From positions 744,001-808,000 of the forward strand of contig JAQGDQ010000021.1 in the NCBI GenBank assembly GCA_030141605.1: a DNA stretch of 64,000 bases, given 5' to 3'. The stretch comes from Tubiluchus corallicola. Taxonomy: Eukaryota; Animalia; Priapulida. The position numbers and the translations under genes are program-made. Below, one piece after another: positions 54,801 through 64,000 of the stretch; the first letter of the stretch is position 1; every line of letters begins with the position of its first letter. The notes beneath the pieces were generated by a model, which searched no databases, was not told the origin of the DNA, and was given only the letters and a program-made list of their open reading frames with translations.

Positions 54801-57800
54801 TGAACAGATTTGCAAAGAATCAACTAAAATAAAATTTCTTGTGGCTACATATGAGCATTCATGTCCTACCTGTGACAAGCGCTAATCGTTCTATGCCTTC
54901 AAAATCTGCATGCTCAATTGCCATAACACCATTATCAGCAAACAATTGTTCCGGATAATTGTAGATCAGTTGCCTATATATCAATAATCAATAAACACTC
55001 GTTTAATATCCTTGCAAACTATTAAATATTTGGCTATTGGAGTTTTATTGCTAGTATCATTAAGCAGCAATTTACTCCATTTTTAAATTAAGTATCCACA
55101 AATATGGGGCACTTCGAGAAGAAAAATAATAATGAGCAAAGTTATATTCTATACAAAGTTATGCACCAAACTAAATCTCCTTTAGGTTAAACTCAGTGTT
55201 TCTTGCATGTCATAATGCAATTTCTAAATTGACCACTTCATTGCTCGTATAACAAGAATCTCCTGTCATGAAAATGCTATTCTATGTTAACTGATACATG
55301 AGGCCAGTAGCTATATCGGCATATGCCAGGCACACTTCATGAATCAGGTTACTGACAATAAAGTGGTGCTGCTCTCTATTTGCAAAAAGGCAAAACTTGC
55401 AGAAAATGTTGTTGTTATTACTGAATGCATGCTGCAGTCTGCTGTGTTGTGACTTTTTTCTACAAGATGCTTCTACTGCTTTCTACTATTTGCAGGGTGC
55501 TTTGTATTGTATACCACACAAAACAAAAGTACTTTTGAAATGACATGATGAAACTGGTGGTACTTGTGAAGGTGGTGGTGGACAGCAGAGGTGGCAGCAG
55601 TGGAAATTATGGGGGGGGGGGGAAGTTGTCAACAGCCATGGTGGTAGCAATGATAGTTTTGACAGTAAAATTGATGGTGACGTAACAAAAGTTGCAGTAG
55701 TCTGTAGTAGTATCTGTAACAGTAGCAACTTTTCTTTTTGTTAAGTTATTTCCCAATGCTAGCTATAATACAAATTGTCTGGCAGTGAAGAGGTCAATAC
55801 AGTAGTCACCACTTAATCGACTCACTTTGGGACAGAAGTGTTTTGATCCAATTAACTGATTGAACCTATTAACCGATAGTATTCCTGCTATAGAAGTTTG
55901 AGTCATCAGCTTACTATGCACTGCAAAGGCTTTTAATCAATTTTAGAAACGAAGTAATGCCTAAATTCCTTTGTGCAGTTAAAAATTAGAAAAAATATTT
56001 TATAATATTAATTTATATAAGTGAATTAACAATAACAGATTCAAAGCAAAACCGCTACGCTAGGGTATTAGCGCATGACAAACGTACCTGTTTACAAACA
56101 AAACGGTACTTAACATGATTGTTTCTACATATATAATGCACTAAAGGGAAGTAAAGATGACATAAAGGTAGGAAAGGCTGTTTGAGCACATACAAATGTC
56201 TTATTTTAAGTACATGAAGGAAAAATATTGAATCAATTAAGCGAAGTTATTTACTGTCAATTACTGATAGTTTTTATGTATATTTGAATAGAATCAGCCC
56301 GTTCCAGGTGTTTTTGAGACAATTAAGCGATTGAGTCTATTAACCGTGAGTCTACTGAGCGGCGACTATTGTATATACCAAATAAAAAGATATACTTGTA
56401 TTCCTGCAAAAATGATTAGGTCTATCTATTACATGAAACTTGCCGATTTATAAAAACATTGCATTGGTGTTTCAAGATCAAGTCAACTTTTTCCTTCATT
56501 TTCTGCTTCTCTGCAAGTTCAAGCTCAGCCACTTTTGATACGGCGTCAACCCGTACTCTAGATCCAAAAACCTACAAGAAATCCACAAAATTTTCACAAA
56601 CATACCTCTGACAATAAAACACTTACTTGTACCACTACAGTTTGTTTAATAGCCCAGACAAAGAGTTGATATGCTATAACAAAGAAACTTAATAAAATTA
56701 ATAAGTGATTAGGAATAATATACATTTATCTAAAATACCCTGCAATGTAAAATGTGAAGCCAGGATTCTGTACACCATTACAGTAAGTTCTCGTGAAATG
56801 ATACTCTGCTTAATGACGTTTCGTTTTAACGACGCCAATCTTTTGACATATTTTTTCACTGAACGTTGTCGCCCCTTTCATTTTAACGCAATTTTTTAGT
56901 CTTACGTTAAGCAATAAACCTTGTTTATTGCACTCTGCAAATGAAGCCCACTACTCAACTCGGATCGCTGTATGATACGGTTATTAGGCTGGTAATAAAT
57001 TGCTTAACTAAACTGATATCAGGCAGTCAGACAGAGCTAAGCAGACTACGATGATTCATTGCTTTTCCATCTTTAGATTAAATTCCTCTGGTTGTTAAAG
57101 TTCTCTGACGTTACATAGATAATTTACCTCATTTACCTCATTTACATTTTAGCTGTCACAAACACAAAGACAAAACTGAAAAGCACCCGAAAGAAAGTGC
57201 AGTTCAAGTCAGGCAGGACATAGGAAATGCGATGCAGTGTTATAAGGAAGTGCAGGCTGAAAAAATCAAAAAATCTAAGCAACCAACCCTAAAGAAAAGC
57301 TAACAGGAGGAAAGACTTAGGTTACAAATTTAGATTTTAGTTTTCACACTTTAGTTACTCACTAGATTTTTAATTAAACAAATACGTAAAAACTGAAAGC
57401 AGTAGACACTATAAAGTGTTTAATTTGTGAGCCAAACTTCGGTTATTTTTGTTCCGCAGTAAGCAACTGAACTTTTTCACATTACAGAGCTCTATGGAAA
57501 GCCACCGAATTTTTTTACGTTATTTCTTATGGAAAGTAGTGATTCCTTTAGCGACATTTCACTCAACAAAGCATTTTGCTAGACATATTTACCATGATTA
57601 AGCGAGGATTTAATGTACATCTATAAAATGGGAAAAAAATTTTAATTAACGTCTTGTTAGTTCAAAATTCATATGTAAACTTTTGGGTGAAAAAGTACAA
57701 AGCTCTTACTTTTATCATAGTAAACCAAAATAAGGTTTTGCATACTGATATAACATTGACAGCTACATAAAGTTTTCTCTGAAAAGTGTGTGTCTTCAAA

Positions 57801-60800
57801 TAAGAAATCAACACCTACCTTGATTTTGTCGGTATCCATGGCAGTATTTGCTATTAAAATTTTGCAGTTTTCCATGCGCTTTGGTTGGTTTACTCCGATT
57901 TTCTTATCTAAGAGAAACCCTTCATCTAAATACGAGTCACTCATCTGACCACCAAGTTTCTTTATTATTTGTATAGCGTCTAAATTTCCTGAGCCCTGGA
58001 AAAAAGTAGTACTTTCAAGATAAAGTATTCATAAAAAACAATAGCAACTTATATTCTTATCAGATACTTTATGCAGAAGACGTATTTATCAACGTTTTAC
58101 AAAAAATCTAACTGTTTTACATACATTGCACATGCTTAAAATTAATAATCATTTTTCATTGACTAGTGCAGTTCAAATCACTCACAAACGTGGATGTAGA
58201 AATGTCTGTACCTAATCAAACGCTTTGTCATGAAAAGACAGCAAATTATTTGCAAATAACAACATTTAAGATACAGCTTCTTGATGTAAAAATAAACATT
58301 AGAAACAACTGACGTCACACCTCTTAGCTGCAGTTATAATGCAAAAATGCAATGAAATCCATGCGTACTAAACGAATTGTTTTAAAAAAGACAAAAATGG
58401 GAAAGAAAACAGACTAATACAAATATATTCGACTAAAATACATGCAGTTAATAACTCGATGTTTTTGCACACAATTTGGAGATCGATTTTTGTTTGTTAA
58501 AAGCTCTCTTGTAGTCATTTCTTATGATGCTGTAGGATACAACTACTTATCAGCCTAGCAGCACTGACAGCACAACATTCGAAAAATAAAAACAGAGTCA
58601 TCCGGGACTTTTTATGAAATTGACTTGAATAAGTAATTTACAGATTTAACAGAAAAAACCTGAGTTGGGAAAAATATGTCAATGTAATGTTGTGAAATTG
58701 TTGTACAAAATTAATGTTGTATAGGATTCTCTACACATTGAAAAAAATTGGGACAGGTAAATTTTTGTGGGAACAGATTTTTTTAGTTGGCTGTCCCAAT
58801 TTCTAGTAGCCCCGGCAAATTGACAGAGAAAAATTTCGAATTCCCCACCCAATAGTTGAGTGGCAGTCTGGCACTTTCTGAATTCCACTTGAATACAATG
58901 TACTATGCATATCTACCTTCAATCTAAGGACAGCATCAACGGCAAGTTTTGCAAATAACTCCTTGTGCTGAGTGATGATTTTTGAGCTCAGTGTTGTCCG
59001 TGCAATGTTCATCAAATCCTCTTTAAATTTGTCTGGATTCCCACTACAATTTAAATACAAACCATAAGAATCTCTTGCAAATTGATGTAATGAATGAAAA
59101 ATGTCTACCACAACTCTTTCTCCTAATCATAAAAACCAAGCAAATAAGAAATTACAACCTGCTGTAAAGTACCACACAAATTTAGTTTCTTATCACTAGA
59201 AGGCACCACTAGTTCCCTATTAAGCCACTTAGCTCATCCAACAGCGATTTTTGTGTCAAAAGTACATGTAAACATCTACATGACAAATACTAATATCGAA
59301 ATGACATATAAAATTACTTAAATTTACAGTTATTCAAGTGGTTTAAATATGAGTTTTTCTGTTAAATGTCAAGTTACCATAAAAGGCTATTAAATTAGTG
59401 CTCAAAGTGTAGTCGCATGTACCCACAAATATTAGATTTTCAACTAAATTTAATTCGAACCGGAATTTACTTATGCACAACTTTCTTGTATTTGCTGTTT
59501 TAAGGTTTCAAGACTGCCTAAGTTTTTAAATTAGATTTAAAAATTTTGGGTTTGTTCTATTGTTAACTGATAATCAAAATATTATATATGTATTATATAT
59601 ATATAAACCCAAAGTTATCAAGAGGGTACACCGGAACCAGTTTTGCTGGATCGAATTGGATCCGGATATGTATGTGCCTGAACTGGTTCTGGCCCCAAAT
59701 CTACACATTAATGTAAACGATATTTCATTTGTTAGTGTTTTGTTCATGTGGTGGCACCATCTGCCCAGTTTTAGGGTCACTGGGTAATTTTAAGTGGAAA
59801 CACCACAAATGTTTCTTCAAAGTTGAATCATTACTGGATTTTGGGATGCGGAATCGGATACGGTACAGCCCTTTAGCCAAGCTCCACGTGCATCTGACAA
59901 AAATTTGAATAAATAATAACAAACCCGTTATCGACAGAAGCAGCTTCAAGAGCTCGTTGAGCTTCGGCGCAGGCCAAACGCCAGCCGGCAATAATTGTCT
60001 GCGGATGTATCTTCCCGGAAACCATGACTTCAGCTTCCTTCATCAGCTCACATGCCAACACCACGACAGTCGTTGTGCCATCGCCAACCTCATCATCCTG
60101 GACTTTGGAAATTTCTGAAAGCAAGTGAAGTGCTTATTTATTCTATGTATATTTTTAGATTCAAATTGAATTCCAACTAAACAAAACTTGTTATAATTGA
60201 ATTCGAACTTTCAAATTTGATTCGAACTCGAACATTCAATGGTCAACTTACAAATATAATCAGACAAATTTTAGTCTGGCAACAGATTCATTCAGGTACT
60301 GATGCCAAACCTCTTCAATCTTTTACTACACCATACCAATAATGTGTTCAAACTAGTAAATTTCAAACTATATAAAGCCGTTAAAGTGATTACAGCACTT
60401 TGTCGTGCTAACAGCATTTCTAAATATTTGTTTTTTCACTTGGTCAAGGTGATATGTCTTACCAAAATTTTTTCAATGTGTTTAACAATATGTGTGTTTT
60501 CTTCAGCAACTGCATTAGACATACAAATGGTAAAATGTATCTGTAGCCAGTTTATCAAAATTTAAATACAGAAAATATGGATGCATTTTCTGTGTTGTAT
60601 TTAAAATAAGAAGAAATCAAGTAAGCAAGTTTTCTACAAATATTTTGAGGGGTGAAAGGGTGGAAAGACTAGTGAGTTACGCAATTTGCAAAAAAAAACT
60701 TATACATCATTAAAACTTGTCAACTGTTTAACAAATTATTGGCAATTGAGTGTAAATAACCAAACTGACAGAATAATAAAAACATAAGCAAAACAATCAG

Positions 60801-62681
60801 TATCAATAATTTTTTACAATGGTTGGATGGTTTCCATTAAAATCAACACTCACCAACTAAAACTTTAGCAGCTGGGTTGTCTACACCGATAGACCTGAGT
60901 ATAGTGGCGCCATCATTTGTCACTTGAATTTCACCACTATTGTGCCTGCCTTCGCATTGAAGAATTTTGTCCTGCAAAATCATTAAAAGAAAATCATTAA
61001 AGGAAACTCAGCCAATAAAACTACGATAAAACTGACAAGTTGAAATTTCAAAAAATTTGCCGAGTTTTTGTATACCACACTAAATGTTGTCCAGTAGCAT
61101 TATACTTCAATTTTCATTCTATAAACTCCTGCAACACACTCACGGAATGTTTGGTGCTGTTGAAAATTATGTTCAGTTGTGATGTCATCACTAGTTGAGC
61201 TTGCTTGTCATTAATTAAGTTTTAAACCTATTATTTAATTACCTGAAATGTTTTGGCATTATTATAGGTGTTAAAATGTATACTTTTTACCATACTTCAA
61301 AATAGAGTGAGATATAAAAAAATCATCCTGTTTTCATTTAAGGACAGATTTTTGACTTTACTGTATTTGAAAAACACTGGAATTTTAGTGCCGTCATTGC
61401 TGTTATGGTTGTTTAAGCATTGTCCTTATCTTCTGAATAATTGCTACTGATGTAAATTTCTGAAATTCTACACAATCAGAATCATTGTTAAACTTACTAG
61501 AAAACCTAGAAAACAGATCCACACGTACAGGCTTATTTAAACAGTACATACCATTCCCTTTGGTCCCAAAGTAGATTTTATAAGATCGCCAATTGCAATG
61601 GCACCAACAAAGGATGACTGAAAATATCAAAATACAATATAGATGCTAAATATTTGTTAGGCGCCTGACTTGATAAATGTGCAGTCTTCATACAAGAGGT
61701 CAACAGCAAACTCAACTTAAGACTCAACCAGTACCAACATTTTAATGAAAACACATTTGTTGAGCTTGCTGTTTATATGGCCATGTGAGCATACACAACC
61801 TTACTAAAGTAAAATGTCAATGGTCAATTTATTTTCAAAAACATAATTTGTTGTTATTTGAACGTAAAATTACAAATATCCATAATCAAACTCAACTTTT
61901 AAAGTAAATGCCCAGTCATTTTTTATAAATATGAAAATCATCAAGTTAAGCAGAAAAAGAAGTAATGTAATTGAATTACAGCATTTTTATATGTGGCAGT
62001 TACATGAATTAATTAATAAAATGCATTAAATCTCGGCAGTTGAACATTTGCGGTACTGTATCTATACTCGCCAAGCTTCGGCTGTGGGTGGTGAGTGACG
62101 TCGTGACAGGATGACGGTGATTGTCCGAAAAGTATTATGGGATGTCTGTGCCTGTGTTTACTCTTGCTGCCGAGTGTTAAACTGTTCAAAGTACAGAAGT
62201 TTATTTTTGTGTTGTGTAACTTTTTTGCATGTTATATGTGTGCAAAATACCCAGAATTTGTGTAGCAGGGGAATGTAGTGAAGCAACAAACGATGGTGAC
62301 AGTCTTTTCAAGTTTCCTGCCATGATGTCATTAGTGAATGGCCGCCCTAGCGCTAAATACTTGTATATCAAAATTGGCGTAAGTAAAATCGAGCGATTTT
62401 TTACCAAACTATTTAATTATTTTACTAAAGAGATTAGAAAATCATTTCAACACATGTTCCTTAAATTTTTGCTAAAAGTTGTTGGTGAGGCTGGGTTTTT
62501 ACTTTAAAGATTTCAATTTTTTAGGAAATTTTTGTGCAAGAACCAATAACAAAAGTAGACAATTCATTACAGCCAACATCAATGTCGTAGGATACATTAA
62601 ATAAAGACTTACAAGACGCGCTGTTTCTCCCCTTTCTTCATCAGCAGCAGCTTTGAAAATACTCACAGGTGCCAAAGACAT
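51667..62681 (-). CDS. CCT2: T-complex protein 1 subunit beta (CCT-beta), 13 coding exons, 533 aa from the first visible ATG
   Basis: Exons 62681-62613, 61617-61552, 60971-60854, 60114-59925, 59043-58917, 57995-57819, 56571-56444, 54973-54870, 54535-54428, 52882-52742, 52517-52414, 52270-52171, 51836-51667 join in frame (1602 nt). Motifs [115 protein letters not shown]. The ATG directly follows an acceptor, so an upstream exon exists and is probably beyond the window. Confidence 0.97.
52171..52270 (-). CDS. CCT2: CCT2 exon
   Basis: [24 protein letters not shown]. Confidence 0.95.
52414..52517 (-). CDS. CCT2: CCT2 exon
   Basis: [10 protein letters not shown]...[17 protein letters not shown]. 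Confidence 0.95.
52742..52882 (-). CDS. CCT2: CCT2 exon
   Basis: [33 protein letters not shown]. Confidence 0.95.
54428..54535 (-). CDS. CCT2: CCT2 exon
   Basis: [35 protein letters not shown]. Confidence 0.95.
54870..54973 (-). CDS. CCT2: CCT2 exon
   Basis: [34 protein letters not shown]. Confidence 0.95.
55800..56371. mobile_element. Non-autonomous Tc1/mariner (pogo-like) element, family A copy 2
   Basis: TA|CAGTAGTCACCACTTAATCGACTCAC ... GTGAGTCTACTGAGCGGCGACTATTG|TA: ~26-bp degenerate TIRs with TA duplication; homologous to 5600-6474. Confidence 0.8.
56444..56571 (-). CDS. CCT2: CCT2 exon ending at a GC donor
   Basis: [29 protein letters not shown]...VFIN(R); donor CG|gcaagt. Confidence 0.93.
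57819..57995 (-). CDS. CCT2: CCT2 exon
   Basis: [16 protein letters not shown]...[20 protein letters not shown]...DTDKIK. Confidence 0.95.
58917..59043 (-). CDS. CCT2: CCT2 exon
   Basis: [18 protein letters not shown]...[10 protein letters not shown]. Confidence 0.95.
59621..59873. mobile_element. Degenerate hAT-like MITE
   Basis: AGAGGGTACACCGGAACC...GATCCGGATA on the left and GCGGAATCGGATACGGTACAGCCCT on the right, with CCGGA subrepeats. Confidence 0.4.
59925..60114 (-). CDS. CCT2: CCT2 exon
   Basis: [20 protein letters not shown]...[11 protein letters not shown]. Confidence 0.95.
60854..60971 (-). CDS. CCT2: CCT2 exon
   Basis: DKILQ...[23 protein letters not shown]. Confidence 0.95.
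61552..61617 (-). CDS. CCT2: CCT2 exon
   Basis: [22 protein letters not shown]; AG/GT ends. Confidence 0.95.
62613..62681 (-). CDS. CCT2: CCT2 exon
   Basis: ttacag|ATG...CTT|gtaag; [23 protein letters not shown]. Confidence 0.92.
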
Positions 62682-63037
62682 CTGTAAAAGTAACCATTAA
62701 TGTAACAGCATACAATAAATACATGAAGAAAAATACACTAGGCACATTCACATTACTACAGCAGCAATAACTCAATCAGTAACATGCCCATTTTCCATAA
62801 GGAAAGTTTTGCTGGTTTAATTTCAAAGCCAATTCATACCAGAGATTCCCACAGGTATGCAGTTTTTAACAAAGTAAGTGTACAAATAATACCTGAATCA
62901 TTGAATAGGTGTCTTTAATGGACGTTACAAGTTTTATAGTTTAGGCTACAAGGATTAATCCAGAAGCGCATTACTAAATGTAATATAATTTAATTTTAAA
63001 CTCATATGGCGCATAGCAGTTTTTCCGCCATATCCTT

Positions 63038-63148
63038 GAATGTGTGATACACTGCATTTAACTAATGTCCAGTTTAGACTTTAGTATATCATTGCCTCCA
63101 ATAATCAATTTTGCAAAAAAATGAGCAAAATTGTGTGATAACCAGCTA
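63038..63148 (-). ncRNA. Candidate intronic box H/ACA RNA (sense to CCT2)
   Basis: Two hairpins and an ACA box 3 nt from the end; 3' hairpin has a 9-bp lower stem, a bipartite pocket and 15 nt to ACA; H box imperfect (AGGCAA). Confidence 0.3.
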
Positions 63149-64000
63149 AGGTCCAACAATGCGACTATTTTTAATATAGCAGTTATTGGGTGCATGTTGC
63201 GCAGCTCACTTGATTCAAACTTTACTTTTAACTGCGAGTAGCTAGGCAGCAGTTTTGTTCAGCTATGCAAGCTAAATGCTCAACAAGATCTGTCACACAT
63301 TATAATCAGCAGTTTTTTAAATTTAAGTGTCATAATAACTGTTGTGATAATTTCAGTAACAAGAATGATGTAAGACAGTAAAATTAAAGACAGTATTGTG
63401 AATAGTAGTTTTCATCTCACATCTGAGGAGGCAAAATTTTTGCATGTTCAGCGATAGAAGATACCATAAAAGCTGTTGAATGCAACAATAATCTTTTAGA
63501 AAAGTGTAACTTAAATGAAATTATAAATTGGCTTTGTATTAGTTAACTTTCATGAGTGTATGTGTACAATATCGCATGATATATGCAATAATTTATAAGC
63601 ATATAATTTATAAATATATAATATTTATATATTTATTTATTTCTTTATTTGATCATATGTACTATTTTGGTATATATTATTCAGTTTGTTTATGTCAGTG
63701 TATGTACTATGTGTACTAATCCCGTAAATTTCTTCTATATAATATTGTATTTTTTTAATAACTTACTGTAGTGAACTATATTTTCAAAATAAATGGTATG
63801 TAAATAATAAGGGATGCAGGGTCCCTAATTTTTGGGATTTTATTTTGGAAAAATATACCACAGGTTATCTGCTGACGTAAAAGCCGACTAAAAATAGACT
63901 GAGAGTATTAAAAGTGCCAGCTGAATAGGCAGTCAGATAAAAAACCGGTTCTGACAAAATAGCCTATTTCCCGACAGCTATAATATTTTTATTAAAAGCA

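Overview
AT-rich eukaryotic (animal, most likely invertebrate) genomic DNA with three intron-containing genes, each reconstructed by hand with phase-consistent splice sites. (1) The last 11 coding exons of SZT2, the KICSTOR scaffold (+, 564-9940). (2) A complete KANK gene (+, CDS 34770-48936, about 1841 aa, with a 4.1-kb exon), preceded by about 24 kb of non-coding DNA that probably holds its promoters and 5'UTR introns. (3) CCT2, chaperonin subunit beta (-, 62681-51667, 533 aa from the first visible ATG), convergent with KANK and containing one GC-AG intron. The rest is introns and intergenic DNA with MITEs, a 5S-rRNA-derived SINE-like family and microsatellites. There is no prokaryotic-type system (CRISPR, defence island, operon). 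The strongest leads are a regular 23-aa repeat array in the KANK linker that alternates LC8-type beta-strand motifs with CxxC pairs, a 48-bp near-perfect hairpin between the convergent 3' ends, and a possible intronic H/ACA RNA. All homology calls come from recalled family motifs, not from database searches.
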